From positions 2,858-66,857 of the forward strand of contig JBKCUA010000033.1 of assembly GCA_046318675.1 (NCBI GenBank): a DNA stretch of 64,000 nt, in the 5' to 3' direction. The position numbers and the translations under genes are program-made. Numbering within the stretch: position 1 is the first letter of the stretch; each line of letters opens with the position of its first letter. Below the pieces are notes generated by a model that was given only the letters and a program-made list of their open reading frames with translations, had not been told where the DNA came from and did not search any database. The DNA is from Holosporales bacterium (lineage in GTDB: Bacteria > Pseudomonadota > Alphaproteobacteria > JAJTHO01). Positions 49,113 through 59,743 of this stretch are shown one piece after another.

Positions 49113-51736
49113 TCTTTGTCATAGTTTTGTGCTGGGGCACTGTTCCCTGATGGCTTGCGCCCTGGGTTTTGTTTACGGACGGGGCGAGGAGGTGGAGTCG
49201 GGCGAACAACGGGGGTTTGTACCGATTGGCTCGTCTGTTGGCGGGCGGCATCCTGGCTAATTTTGAAGAAGGATACCAGCTGTTCCAGTTGGTTAGCCTG
49301 CTCCACAAGGGACTGTGCAGCGGCGGTATTTTCTTCTACTAAGGCGGCGTTTTGTTGGGTCATCTCATCCATCTGGGTGATGGCACTGTTGATCTCTTCA
49401 ATGCCGTTAGTTTGTTCTTTCGTCGCCCCGGATATTTCGGAAATGATTGTATTGACGTTGTTATTCGTGGAAACGATTTCTTTCAGGCTGGAGCCGGCTT
49501 GGTTAACCAATTCAGCACCCACGCGCACTTGTTCGTTACTTTCTTGGATGAGTTGTTTAATTTCTTTAGAAGAGGCAGCAGAACGGCCAGCCAAGGATCG
49601 CACTTCTGAGGCGACAACGGCAAAGCCTTTTCCGGCATCCCCGGCTCTGGCCGCTTCAACGGCGGCATTGAGAGCCAATAGGTTGGTTTGGAAAGCAATC
49701 TCATCAATAACCCCGATGATGTCAGAAACTTTTTTGGAGGATTGCTCAATCTGAGACATGGCCGCCACGGCTTTATCCACGACATCGCCGCCTTTTTGAG
49801 CAAGTTCTTGTGCTTTGAGGGATATTTTTGTTGCCTCATCGGTGTTTTGGGCATTTTGGCGGACGGTGCTGGTAAGCTCTTCCATCGAAGCAGCGGTTTC
49901 TTCCAAGGAGGAGGCTTGGTTTTCCGTACGCTGAGAGAGATCAGCACTTCCCGATGATATTTCGGAAGCGGCGGATCCTACCAGTTCTGATGCCTGTTTG
50001 ATGTTAACCACTGTTTCGGTAAGTTTTTCGACCGTGGTGTTGATGGCATTTTTGATGGTGGCAAACGTGCCCTTGTAGTCTTTGTTCATTTTTAAAGTGA
50101 GATCGCCGCTGGCAACGCCTTGCAGGACGTGCATGGATTCTTCCATGCCGATTTCGTTTTCAAGGCGTGTTTCCACGGTATCAGTAATTTCGTTGGCAAA
50201 TTTGACAATCTTAACGATATTGCCGTTGGGGTCGAGAATGGGGTTGTAGGATGCATTGATCCAGAATTTCCGGCCGCCTTTGGCAATGCGCTTGAACTCG
50301 GTGATCTTGGATTGCCCGGCGTTCAGGTTTGCCCAGAATTGCTGGTACTCGGGGCTATCTTTTTCTGCTGGTTCAACAAAAATACTATGATGTTTGCCTT
50401 TGATTTCATCCATAGTATACCCGGTGACGTGTAGGAAGTTTTGGTTAGCATTGCGAATATAGCCTTTGGTATCAAACTCAATAACTGCTTGTGAACGGCT
50501 AATCGCGGCAAGTTGTCCAGAGTAATCAGCGACAGTATTCTTGATGTTGTTGAGAGCCTGCGCCAGGTTGCCGAACTCATCTTTTCTCTCAAGGCCGTCA
50601 ATGATCATCTTATAATCAGCATCAGCTAGACGTTTGGCAACATCTGTTGCCTTCTGAATGGGGCGGCTAGCAAAAGTACCAACCAGGGCACCAATACCGC
50701 CTAATCCAATAACGGCAACTATCATAATCTGTTTTAGAAGAGCTTTTGTGCTAATAACATTAGCAAAAGCTTCGCTGGCAGGTTCATGAACAATGACAGT
50801 CCAACCTAAGCCAGGAAAGCCGATGGCTCCGTTGCTGGCTTCCCAGCTGACGGCAGTTTCGGTGTTGTGATCGTTACTGATGCTGCTGCCTTGGCTGTTT
50901 TTAAGGGCGTCGTTAGCAGCAGGAATGCCCATTGTGGCTAATTTTTTCTGACCTATGCTGCTACTGTCACGTCTGTAATTGCTGGTACCCTGTGCGGTGG
51001 GATCATAATTGACGAGGGCAGTGCCATTATTGTCCTGTATGGCAAAAGCAATGTTGGTTGCACCATTGCTTTTCGCTTGGTTATAGATATCGGCGACAAT
51101 GCTTTCTACAAGACCGAAATCGGCAAAGGTAACCCAGACGCCAATCATGTCTTTCTTGCTGTTGTATACGGGTGCAGAAAAAGCGATGGTGAAGCCATCC
51201 TCACGATAGGCATCAGCCACAATTTTTTCATAGGCGGGTTGTTGAACGGCGGTGCCGTCTAGGGAAGGGCTACTGAGGAAGTTTTTATTTTTTGCCTGTT
51301 GGAACCAACGGGCATCCTTAAAATTACGGTTGTAAAGACCAATGGTTTCTAGGGGGTTACCTTTGTTATCAATATTATTGACGGCAGCCACTCGACCCTC
51401 AAGATCAAGCAGCATCATGAGCTTGTAAAGCCCGTAGTTAACCATGTAGCTGTTCATGGAAGAAATCAGGGGGTTATCTGCACTGGGGCGGAACCAGTTA
51501 CGGTTATCTAGAGCGGCACCGTTGTAACCGAAGGCCTGTACATCACCATAACGCTCGAATAAGTTACGGTCGATGAGTTCACCGACAGTTCCTGCGGTGA
51601 TCCGCATATTGCTAAGACTACCATCCCGCATTTCATTAAGCTTGCCGAAAATAATAGGCATGACTGAAAGCAAGGGTAGTAACCCAAACACAAGTAATAG
51701 TGCTACGAGTTTTAGGCGAACATCGAAACGTGGCAT
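49097..51736 (-). CDS. methyl-accepting chemotaxis protein with periplasmic Cache-like domain, HAMP, cytoplasmic PAS and C-terminal DWQEF pentapeptide
   Basis: 879 aa; TM1 near N-term, roughly 280-aa periplasmic domain, TM2, PAS-like segment ([19 protein letters not shown]...), MCP signalling domain ([14 protein letters not shown]), C-terminus ...DWQEF (49100-49114). Confidence 0.85.
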   Translation of the reverse strand: MPRFDVRLKLVALLLVFGLLPLLSVMPIIFGKLNEMRDGSLSNMRITAGTVGELIDRNLFERYGDVQAFGYNGAALDNRNWFRPSADNPLISSMNSYMVNYGLYKLMMLLDLEGRVAAVNNIDNKGNPLETIGLYNRNFKDARWFQQAKNKNFLSSPSLDGTAVQQPAYEKIVADAYREDGFTIAFSAPVYNSKKDMIGVWVTFADFGLVESIVADIYNQAKSNGATNIAFAIQDNNGTALVNYDPTAQGTSNYRRDSSSIGQKKLATMGIPAANDALKNSQGSSISNDHNTETAVSWEASNGAIGFPGLGWTVIVHEPASEAFANVISTKALLKQIMIVAVIGLGGIGALVGTFASRPIQKATDVAKRLADADYKMIIDGLERKDEFGNLAQALNNIKNTVADYSGQLAAISRSQAVIEFDTKGYIRNANQNFLHVTGYTMDEIKGKHHSIFVEPAEKDSPEYQQFWANLNAGQSKITEFKRIAKGGRKFWINASYNPILDPNGNIVKIVKFANEITDTVETRLENEIGMEESMHVLQGVASGDLTLKMNKDYKGTFATIKNAINTTVEKLTETVVNIKQASELVGSAASEISSGSADLSQRTENQASSLEETAASMEELTSTVRQNAQNTDEATKISLKAQELAQKGGDVVDKAVAAMSQIEQSSKKVSDIIGVIDEIAFQTNLLALNAAVEAARAGDAGKGFAVVASEVRSLAGRSAASSKEIKQLIQESNEQVRVGAELVNQAGSSLKEIVSTNNNVNTIISEISGATKEQTNGIEEINSAITQMDEMTQQNAALVEENTAAAQSLVEQANQLEQLVSFFKISQDAARQQTSQSVQTPVVRPTPPPRPVRKQNPGRKPSGNSAPAQNYDKDWQEF

Positions 51737-51865
51737 GGCTTATCCCCATTAGTAAGTTTTTTGCTTTAATAGCAACTATGGGTTTTAATCCTTAATCCTA
51801 TAATAAAGAGTTAACGGCCGATCTTTTTCCTTAACAAGGAACAAAAGGGCTTTTACAAGAGCTGT

Positions 51866-53116
51866 ATGCAAAAAATAGCGGTAGTGGGGTCAGGAATCGC
51901 GGGAATGGCGGCGGCGCGGCTGTTGGCATCGCGGTATCTAGTAACATTGTATGAGAAAAATTCGGTTTCTGGTGGACATACCCGTACTCGCATTGTTTCG
52001 TACAATGGTCGTTCCATTCCGGTGGATACAGGCTTTATTGTTTTTAATCCGCTAAATTATCCTGAGCTTGTCGGGCTGTTTCGGTATTTGGGTGTTGTTA
52101 CACACAAAAGCAGCATGACTTTTGGTTTTACTTCCGACAATGGCGGTTTTGAGTGGGGTGCACGGGGATTGAACGCAGTGTTTGGTCAGCGGTCTAACCT
52201 GTTTCGGCCTTCATTTTACGCGATGGCATATGATGTATGGCGGTTTTTTCGACAGGCGGAGGCGATGGTTACAACTCTTCCTGAGGCTAGCCTAGGGGAG
52301 TTATTACAGGCCTTGAGTTTAGGCAATCCTGTTATTGAGCGTTTTATTTTGCCTATGGGTGCAGCTATATGGAGTTGCCCGGCGCAAAAAATGCTTGATT
52401 TCCCTGCACGAACGTTTGTGCAGTTTTTTAAAAATCATGGCTTATTGTCGTTTGGTGGTCAGCACCAATGGTACACGGTGACGGGCGGGGCACAGCAGTA
52501 TGTAGACAAGATTCTAGAACCCCTAGAGGGGCATATACGCTTGAATGCGCCGGTGGTTCGGGTGCATACGGAGGCAGATCAAGTGTTGGTACAGACAAAG
52601 GACGGCAGTGTTGAACACTATGATCAGGTAGTATTAGCCTGTCATGCTGATGAGGCGTTGGGTATGCTGGCCGATGCCACGCCGAATGAGCGTTCGGTGC
52701 TGGGCGCGTTTGGGTATCAGGAAAACCAAGCGTATTTGCATCGTGATGAGGCCGTTATGCCACGGCGTAAGGCGTGTTGGTCTAGTTGGAATTACGCCAG
52801 TAGCGCGGCAACAAGGGCAGTATCAGTGACTTACTGGATGAATGAATTACAAGGGATAGATAATGCGTATCCATTATTTGTGACGCTTAATCCTTTGATG
52901 CCGATTGCGGAAGAAAAAATATTTGATCGGCATATATTTCATCACCCGGTGTTTACCCGTGAGGCGTTGGCCGCGCAGGCGAAAATTCCCTCTATTCAAG
53001 GTCAGCGAGGTCTTTGGTTCGCCGGCGCGTATCAGCGGTATGGCTTTCATGAGGATGGTCTTCAGAGTGCCGTGCGGGTGGCTCAAGGTTTGGGAGTTTC
53101 GATTCCGTGGCATTAG
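51866..53116 (+). CDS. FAD/NAD(P)-binding amine-oxidase-like oxidoreductase (cfa-cluster associated)
   Basis: 416 aa; Rossmann dinucleotide motif VVGSGIAGMAAA; conserved partner of DUF1365 and Cfa-like methyltransferase. Confidence 0.7.
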   Translation: MQKIAVVGSGIAGMAAARLLASRYLVTLYEKNSVSGGHTRTRIVSYNGRSIPVDTGFIVFNPLNYPELVGLFRYLGVVTHKSSMTFGFTSDNGGFEWGARGLNAVFGQRSNLFRPSFYAMAYDVWRFFRQAEAMVTTLPEASLGELLQALSLGNPVIERFILPMGAAIWSCPAQKMLDFPARTFVQFFKNHGLLSFGGQHQWYTVTGGAQQYVDKILEPLEGHIRLNAPVVRVHTEADQVLVQTKDGSVEHYDQVVLACHADEALGMLADATPNERSVLGAFGYQENQAYLHRDEAVMPRRKACWSSWNYASSAATRAVSVTYWMNELQGIDNAYPLFVTLNPLMPIAEEKIFDRHIFHHPVFTREALAAQAKIPSIQGQRGLWFAGAYQRYGFHEDGLQSAVRVAQGLGVSIPWH

Positions 53117-53868
53117 AAAATGGTCTTCTGATCGCGGATGTAGTGCACCAGCGTGTAAGCCCGCAGCCTCATCGGTTGCGCTATACAGTTTATTACCTTT
53201 GCTTTCCGTTGGCTAGGATGGCCGATATGGCATGCCGATTTTTGGGGGTGAACAGGGGTAACGTAGTATCGTTCCATGAGCGTGACCACGGTTTTGGTGG
53301 CCTGCGTTGCCAAGAGTGGATTGCTAAAGTATTATGCGAGCACGAGGTAACTGCGGCGGATGGGGAGGTAATCCTGCTAACCATGCCCCGTGTTTTGGGC
53401 TATGTCTTTAATCCGGTTAGTTTTTGGTTTTGTTTGGATAAGGCTGGCGTTCCTCGGGCGGTGGTAGCAGAAGTTAATAACACCTTTGGAGAGCGGCATG
53501 CATACCTTTGCGTGCATGAGGATCAGCGGGATATGACCCAAGATGACTGGTTGGAGGCAAAAAAAATTTTTCATGTATCACCTTTTTTACAGGTAAAAGG
53601 CACTTATCGGTTTCGTTTTGCGTATAGTTTTGAAAAAATCGGTGTGTGGATTGATTATGTTGATGAGGGTAAGGTGGTGTTGCACACAGCAGTGACGGGG
53701 CGACGTCAACGCCTAGACAGCCCCAGTATAGCACGGTGTTTTTTTCGGTATCCGTTGCTGACAATGAAAATTATTTTTCTTATCCATTTGCACGCATTGC
53801 GGATGGTGGTTAAAGGCTTTCGTTATTATCGCAAGCCAGCAGCGCCGGACAGGGAGGTTAGTCGATGA
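53107..53868 (+). CDS. DUF1365 family protein
   Basis: 253 aa; characteristic DUF1365 N-terminus (H.R..P..H.F.Y..Y...D) ; overlaps neighbours by 10 and 4 nt. Confidence 0.65.
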   Translation: MALENGLLIADVVHQRVSPQPHRLRYTVYYLCFPLARMADMACRFLGVNRGNVVSFHERDHGFGGLRCQEWIAKVLCEHEVTAADGEVILLTMPRVLGYVFNPVSFWFCLDKAGVPRAVVAEVNNTFGERHAYLCVHEDQRDMTQDDWLEAKKIFHVSPFLQVKGTYRFRFAYSFEKIGVWIDYVDEGKVVLHTAVTGRRQRLDSPSIARCFFRYPLLTMKIIFLIHLHALRMVVKGFRYYRKPAAPDREVSR

Positions 53869-55034
53869 TTACGTTAAATAGTCTTGTGCAGCATCGCCTT
53901 CTTGAGGCGCTGGAAGCTGGTATCGTTAAAGGAACGCTGCATTTAACTACGCCGACAGGAGAACGGCGAACATTTCGTGGGGCGCAGCTTGGCGGGGAGG
54001 CGCAGTGGCAGATACACGATTGGTCTGTGGCTACGGCTCTGGCTAGCCGGGGCGATATTGGGCTGGGACAGACTTATACTGCTGGGCTTTGGGATACCGA
54101 TAATTTAGATGCATTATTTACGGTATTTGTAGACAATTTGGAAACGCTGGATACCCATGCCAATGGTCACGGATTAAATCGGTGGTGGTATCGGTTGGTG
54201 AATACCGTTCTGCGTCGCAATAGTCCCCAAGGCAGTAGCAAGAATATTCGCAGTCACTATGATGTGGGTAATGCTTTTTATCGCTTGTGGCTGGATGAGA
54301 GTTTGACGTATTCATCGGCCTTATATGCTGATTCTGAGACGAGTCTGGAGGCGGCACAACAGGCGAAATATCGGCGTATTCTTGGTGCTATCACACCTGA
54401 TCGGCGACGGGTGTTAGAGATAGGTTGTGGGTGGGGCGGGTTTGCGGCGGCTGCAAGTCAGGCGGGACACAGCCTGACGGGTCTGACGATTTCGCCAAGC
54501 CAATATCATGTGGCTAGTGAGCGTTTAGCAGGTAAAGCCGATATTCGCCTTGAGGATTACCGTCATGCTAGGGGGATGTTTGAGGCAATAGCATCTATTG
54601 AAATGTTTGAGGCCGTCGGGCGGCGGTATTGGCCAGTGTATTTTAATACACTGCGTCGCCGGTTAGTTTCAGGTGGGGTAGCGGTAGTGCAGACTATAAC
54701 TGTTGCTGATGCCGTGTTCGATGCGTATGCGCGGCGCAGTGATTATATTCGCCATTATGTATTTCCCGGCGGGATGTTGCCCTCGGTGGCGGCGTTTCGC
54801 GTTGGTGCAGAAAAAGCCGGGCTTATGTGCCAAGAAGTCTTTGCCTTCGGTCAAGATTATGCTCGTACCTTGCGGGAATGGCTGGCTCGGTTTGATGCGG
54901 TTTTGCCCCGGATTCGGGAAATGGGGTATGGAGAAGCCTTCATTCGTAGTTGGCGGCTGTATTTGAGTATGTGTGCCGCCTCTTTTGCGGGGCAGCGTAC
55001 AGATGTGGTACAAGTGGTGCTTCGGAATCCATGA
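53865..55034 (+). CDS. cfa: cyclopropane-fatty-acyl-phospholipid synthase family methyltransferase
   Basis: 389 aa; HYDVGNAFYRLWLDESLTYSSALY, SAM motif VLEIGCGWGG, C-terminal CFA-synthase region. Confidence 0.8.
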   Translation: MITLNSLVQHRLLEALEAGIVKGTLHLTTPTGERRTFRGAQLGGEAQWQIHDWSVATALASRGDIGLGQTYTAGLWDTDNLDALFTVFVDNLETLDTHANGHGLNRWWYRLVNTVLRRNSPQGSSKNIRSHYDVGNAFYRLWLDESLTYSSALYADSETSLEAAQQAKYRRILGAITPDRRRVLEIGCGWGGFAAAASQAGHSLTGLTISPSQYHVASERLAGKADIRLEDYRHARGMFEAIASIEMFEAVGRRYWPVYFNTLRRRLVSGGVAVVQTITVADAVFDAYARRSDYIRHYVFPGGMLPSVAAFRVGAEKAGLMCQEVFAFGQDYARTLREWLARFDAVLPRIREMGYGEAFIRSWRLYLSMCAASFAGQRTDVVQVVLRNP

Positions 55035-55110
55035 AAGTAAAGAATTTTGTTTCCTCTTTCTTTTTTAGGGCGCAGGCTGTATAAGATTTTTCGTATCTAT
55101 ATGAGGAGGA

Positions 55111-55449
55111 TTGAAAATGCCTTTGTTGGTTAGTCCTATTGATGGTACCACGCCGATGCAGCAGATTGTTCGCAATGGCATTGAGATTGACCGGTGTCCG
55201 GTTTCCGGTGGCGTTTGGCTCGATAAAGGGGAGCTGGAGAAGCTTCTTGGTGCTATGCAGGAAGCAATCCAGGAAGATCGTCAAGAATACGCCCATTATC
55301 GTCAATCTTTTGAAAAGGGTGCCCATAAGTCTCCCTCAGCTCATCCTCAAAGTCGTTCCATGTATCGTGATGATGAGTATGATGGTTATTATCGCCATAA
55401 ACACGGTAAGCCAAGTAAGTTCAGGTCACTTTTTGACTTATTTGATTGA
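55111..55449 (+). CDS. zinc-ribbon-like protein (zf-TFIIB-type fold, Cys ligands largely lost)
   Basis: 112 aa; IEIDRCPVSGGVWLDKGELEKL matches the second half-site of zf-TFIIB-type bacterial proteins but only 1 of the usual 4 Cys is retained. Confidence 0.4.
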   Translation: MKMPLLVSPIDGTTPMQQIVRNGIEIDRCPVSGGVWLDKGELEKLLGAMQEAIQEDRQEYAHYRQSFEKGAHKSPSAHPQSRSMYRDDEYDGYYRHKHGKPSKFRSLFDLFD

Positions 55450-55497
55450 GATGTTAAGCGTGGTTGAGTGTTTTTGATTGCGGAAAGATAGTAACTT

Positions 55498-57216
55498 ATG
55501 AATAATCTTGTAAGTCCTCACGGCGGTACTTTGGTGAACTTGGTGCAGCGCGGTGCCGCGACCCATCCATCAACCAAGGTAACGCTTGCCCGTCTTGCCT
55601 CGTGGACGTTGACCCCGCGACAGGTCTGTGATGTAGAGTTGCTGCTTAACGGGGGTTTTTCCCCGTTGCGTGGCTTTTTGAATGAGGCAGACTATGAGAG
55701 TGTGCTGGATAATATGCGCCTTGCCGATGGCGCAGTCTGGCCCATGCCTGTGACGCTTGATGTTAGTGAGGATTTTGCTGGTAAAATCACCGTGGGTGAA
55801 CAGATAGCCCTTCGTGACAGTGAGGGGGTCGCGTTGGCTATTCTCACTGTTGAGTCGCGTTATACTCCAAACAAAAAAAGGGAAGCAAAAAAAGTTTTTG
55901 GTGCCGATGACGCTGCGCATCCCGCGGTCTTTTATCTACACCAGCGTGCAGGATCAGTCTATCTGGGCGGCACGTTGGAAGGGCTTGAGTTGCCAACTCA
56001 TTATGATTTTAAAACCCTTCGCTTTACCCCCGCGCAATTGCGGGAGCGGTTTGTACAGCAAGGCTGGACAAAGATTGTTGCTTTCCAGACGCGCAACCCT
56101 ATGCACCGGGCGCATTATGAGCTGACCCGGCGGGCGGCGGCGGCGTGCGAGGCCAGCCTCCTGGTGCACCCGGTGGTGGGCATGACCAAGCCGGGGGACG
56201 TGGATCATTATAGCCGCGTGCGTTGTTATGAGCACGTTTGCAGCAGTTACCCCGAAGGTCTAGCGATGCTGAGCCTTCTGCCTCTGGCCATGCGGATGGG
56301 GGGGCCGCGAGAGGCGTTGTGGCACGCCATTATCCGCAAAAATTATGGCTGTAGCCATTTTATCGTGGGTCGCGATCACGCTGGTCCGGGTAAGAACAGC
56401 GCAGGGGAAGATTTTTATCATCCCTATGCCGCGCAGGAATTGGTCGCTCAGCATGAGGCCGAGCTTGGCATTAGCATGGTACCATTTAAAGAAATGGTTT
56501 ACGTGGAAAATCGTAGTGAATATGTGCCCGCAGATAAAGTGGAACCAGAGGATAGAATCCTGAATATCAGTGGGACAGAGTTCCGCCGTCGCCTGCAAAA
56601 CGATATAGAAGTACCAGAATGGTTTTCTTTTCCTTCGGTACTCAAAGAGTTGAAGCGTACCTATCCGCCAAAATTAAAACAAGGATTTTGTTTATTTTTT
56701 ACCGGACTGTCGGGTTCTGGAAAGTCTACTATTGCTAATGCGGTGCGGGTAAAGCTGCTGGAGGTTGGTGGTCGGGCGGTAACACTGCTGGATGGCGATC
56801 AAGTGCGTCAGCATCTATCCAGTGAGCTTGGTTTTTCAAAAGAACACCGGGATTTGAATATTCGTCGTATTGGCTTTGTTGCAGCGGAGGTAGCCGCCGC
56901 CGGCGGTGCAGCGATTTGTGCGCCTATTGCGCCGTACGCGGCGGTGCGCCGGGAAGTGCGGGAATTGTTTGCGTCTGGTACTGCTGGGTTCCTTGAGATT
57001 TATGTGGCAACCCCCCTTGATGTATGTGAACAGCGGGATCGCAAGGGTCTGTATGCCAAGGCACGGGCAGGAAAGCTTCCGGGTTTTACCGGCATTGATG
57101 ATCCTTATGAAGTACCAGAACATCCAGAGCTGGTGCTGGATACCGCTACCATGAGCCGGGACGAGGCGGCGCAGCGGGTGCTGGTAAAACTGCAAGCCTT
57201 GGGGTATTTGGGGTAG
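55498..57216 (+). CDS. bifunctional sulfate adenylyltransferase / adenylylsulfate kinase
   Basis: 572 aa; ATP-sulfurylase motifs (QTRNPMHRAHYEL, GRDHAGPG) then APS-kinase domain with P-loop GLSGSGKSTIANA. Confidence 0.85.
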   Translation: MNNLVSPHGGTLVNLVQRGAATHPSTKVTLARLASWTLTPRQVCDVELLLNGGFSPLRGFLNEADYESVLDNMRLADGAVWPMPVTLDVSEDFAGKITVGEQIALRDSEGVALAILTVESRYTPNKKREAKKVFGADDAAHPAVFYLHQRAGSVYLGGTLEGLELPTHYDFKTLRFTPAQLRERFVQQGWTKIVAFQTRNPMHRAHYELTRRAAAACEASLLVHPVVGMTKPGDVDHYSRVRCYEHVCSSYPEGLAMLSLLPLAMRMGGPREALWHAIIRKNYGCSHFIVGRDHAGPGKNSAGEDFYHPYAAQELVAQHEAELGISMVPFKEMVYVENRSEYVPADKVEPEDRILNISGTEFRRRLQNDIEVPEWFSFPSVLKELKRTYPPKLKQGFCLFFTGLSGSGKSTIANAVRVKLLEVGGRAVTLLDGDQVRQHLSSELGFSKEHRDLNIRRIGFVAAEVAAAGGAAICAPIAPYAAVRREVRELFASGTAGFLEIYVATPLDVCEQRDRKGLYAKARAGKLPGFTGIDDPYEVPEHPELVLDTATMSRDEAAQRVLVKLQALGYLG

Positions 57217-57219
57217 ACT

Positions 57220-57741
57220 ATGCTCAGATGGTGTTTACTGATTATTGGCTGCATTGTTTTTTCTGGCACAGCTGGAGCAAAACCTTCGGAAGTTGTTTCA
57301 GTTTTTGAGGCCGCAAAGCCAGTAGGGACTGGAGTTTTAAGGCGGCTTTTTTCAAAAATTTATCAAGCAGAGCTATGGACGGATAGCAATCCTTGGTCGT
57401 ATGAAGCCCCTTTTGCTTTAAGCCTGACGTACTATTGGTCAATTAGTGGTATTGATTTGGTGGAAAAAACCCTTGAGGAGATGCGCCGTCAGTCTCCCGA
57501 AACCGCAACCGAAGACGCCAAGTTTGAGGCATCGCTGCGGTTGGCCTTTCCCGATGTTAAAGACGGAGACAGAATAACAGCATTTTTTGATCCGCAAAAA
57601 GGTGTATCTTTTACCTATAACAGCAAGCCTACCGGCACGATTGCCTCTGTAACTTTTGCTCGGCGGTTTTTTGATATTTGGTTGTCGCAGAAGACTTCAG
57701 AGCCTGAATTAAGAGCGCAATTACTGGGTGAAAAGTTGTGA
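57220..57741 (+). CDS. secreted chalcone-isomerase-like domain protein
   Basis: 173 aa; signal peptide; pattern of CHI-like (Chalcone_3) family; 4-nt overlap with downstream MFS gene. Confidence 0.45.
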   Translation: MLRWCLLIIGCIVFSGTAGAKPSEVVSVFEAAKPVGTGVLRRLFSKIYQAELWTDSNPWSYEAPFALSLTYYWSISGIDLVEKTLEEMRRQSPETATEDAKFEASLRLAFPDVKDGDRITAFFDPQKGVSFTYNSKPTGTIASVTFARRFFDIWLSQKTSEPELRAQLLGEKL

Positions 57742-58964
57742 CGCCCTCTTTGTGGCGATACGGGATTTTAGGCTTGCCAGTGGGGTTTGTCGGCTTGCCG
57801 CTGTATGTCCATTTGCCTAAGTTTTATGCGGATACACTGCCGTTATCGCTCACCGTTTTGGGGTTGGTGCTATTTTTGACACGGGTGATTGATTGCTTGG
57901 CTGATCCGTTTTTGGGGATTTTGGCCGATGGCTGGGCGGGGCGGCGGCGGGGAATGCTGGTGGTTTCAGGCGCGGTATTGGTGGCTGGAGTCTTTGGGTT
58001 ATTTTTCCTGCCGATATTAGGGTTGGATATTAGTTTGGTATTAGTCGTGGGTGGTTTGCTTGTTTTGACATATCTGGCCTACAGCGTTTTTTCCATTGTG
58101 GTTTATACCGTTGGGGTAGCCCTGGGCGGGGATAGCAAGGCCAGTGTTCGGGTGGCTGCAGCGCGGGAGGGGATGATCATTGTTGGCGTGCTGGTGGCCT
58201 CGGCTCTGCCGCCAACGTTGACCCCGTGGTTGGGGGAGAAGGCGGCGTATCAGGCGTTTTGCTGGGTATTGCTGGTGGTGGTGGTGGTCGCATTGCTGTT
58301 GATGCGCCTACCTAAAATGGTGGCAACAGCACCGATGCCAGCACCAACAGCATGGCGTCTTGTGCTGCAGGATAGGCGGCTGCGACGCTTATTTCTTTTA
58401 TTCTTTTTGAATGCATTAGCTCCTTCCCTGACCGCAACATTGTTTTTGTTTTTTGCTAGCGATGTGCTCGACGCGGCGGCGTGGAGCGGCGCGTTTTTAG
58501 GCGCGTATTTTTTAGCCGCTGTGCTGGCCATGCCGGTGTGGGTGCGGGTGGCGGCGCGGTTTGGCAAACGACGCAGTTTGATAGCGTCGTTCAGCCTCGC
58601 CATTGCCTCTTTTATCTGGGCGTTTACCTTGGGGCAGGGGGATGCGGTTGCGTTTGGGGTCATTTGCCTGCTTTCTGGCGCGGCCTTGGGCGGGGATTTG
58701 GCGGTGTTGCCGTCGCTCTTGGCCGATGCGGTGCAGCAGCGCGGGGCGTCCCAAGCCGGCGGCCTAGAGTTTGGCATCTGGAATTTTATCAGTAAGTTCA
58801 CCTTGGCGTTGGCGGCAGGGATAGCCTTGCCGCTGTTGGAAGTCTGGGGCTACGCCCCCGGTGGCACTGGCTCGGTAGCGGCCTTATCGGCGGCCTATGC
58901 CCTTTTGCCGTGCGGGTTTAAGCTGGCGGCGTTGGTGGTGCTGGTGCGGGGGAAGACCCTGTAG
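57738..58964 (+). CDS. MFS transporter
   Basis: 408 aa; 12 predicted TM helices, MFS loop motif (GILADGWAGRRRG). Confidence 0.7.
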   Translation: MTPSLWRYGILGLPVGFVGLPLYVHLPKFYADTLPLSLTVLGLVLFLTRVIDCLADPFLGILADGWAGRRRGMLVVSGAVLVAGVFGLFFLPILGLDISLVLVVGGLLVLTYLAYSVFSIVVYTVGVALGGDSKASVRVAAAREGMIIVGVLVASALPPTLTPWLGEKAAYQAFCWVLLVVVVVALLLMRLPKMVATAPMPAPTAWRLVLQDRRLRRLFLLFFLNALAPSLTATLFLFFASDVLDAAAWSGAFLGAYFLAAVLAMPVWVRVAARFGKRRSLIASFSLAIASFIWAFTLGQGDAVAFGVICLLSGAALGGDLAVLPSLLADAVQQRGASQAGGLEFGIWNFISKFTLALAAGIALPLLEVWGYAPGGTGSVAALSAAYALLPCGFKLAALVVLVRGKTL

Positions 58965-59103
58965 GCTGCAAAAAATTTTTCTTGTATTCCGCAAAAATGT
59001 GATTTTTTCCCTTTCGGCGAGGGTGAAATGATGGTATGCAGCCATGACGGGCGACTCCTGAAGTTGGTTGGTTGAACAACGCCACTTCAGGGTCGCTTCG
59101 TCA

Positions 59104-59268
59104 TAAATCCGTTAACAATAGATTGTTTTCTTGGTGATTTTCAGGCGGCTTCGGGCCTGCGTCAAGGGGGCTTCGCCCCGCGCCGGGCGCGGCTTTCGCT
59201 GCGCTCTCGCCCTTGACCCAGTCTCACAGCCGCCTGTATCTCCTCAACCAGAAAACAATCCATTATTT
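59104..59268. repeat. nested imperfect palindrome / highly structured GC-rich element (MITE-like or sRNA)
   Basis: outer IR ATTGTTTTC/GAAAACAAT (59112-20/59241-49), inner IRs CAGGCGGCT/AGCCGCCTG (59132-40/59218-26) and GTCAAGGG/CCCTTGAC (59151-58/59200-07), internal GGGGC-TTC-GCCCC and GCGCC-G-GGCGC hairpins. Confidence 0.6.
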
Positions 59269-59461
59269 CAATCTATTACGAAGTGTTGCACTTCGTTTTG
59301 GAAACCGCCGCAGCCGTTAGGCATACTGCGTCTTAACTTTCTGATTCTCGTGAATCTTGTATTCTTTGAATCTCGTACAACAACTTGGTGTTGTTGTCAA
59401 AAACTATACCAGCGTGCGGGTTAGAGTAGGAAAGTTTACACAATAAAAAAAGGAGAAAATT

Positions 59462-59644
59462 ATGCGCCTTACTGACGCCCAACTCTACCGTCTTTTTGTT
59501 TTTGGTGATTGGGATCTGAGTATAATCGACTCCGAAGGTCGGTTGCAGGAAATTTTCGATCGGTCAAAAATCGATCCCGATCTTGCCGCCAAGATTGCCG
59601 AGATGACAGTGAGATCGAGGCTCAGAAACGTGACAATTGGGTGA
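59462..59644 (+). CDS. small hypothetical protein (60 aa)
   Basis: strong SD AAAAAGGAGAAAATTATG; followed by terminator hairpin; no recognised domain. Confidence 0.4.
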   Translation: MRLTDAQLYRLFVFGDWDLSIIDSEGRLQEIFDRSKIDPDLAAKIAEMTVRSRLRNVTIG

Positions 59645-59710
59645 CCCCCCTCCTTGAGGCAGCACCCGAAAATAGTTCAGGTTTCCAAGATTGCCTGTAG
59701 AGTAGTTTCA

Positions 59711-59743
59711 CTCCCTCCTCTCACCAAGGGGGGAGAATTTTTT
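59711..59743 (+). terminator. Rho-independent terminator (CTCCCTCC...GGGGGGAG + TTTTTT)
   Basis: read directly downstream of small ORF. Confidence 0.5.
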
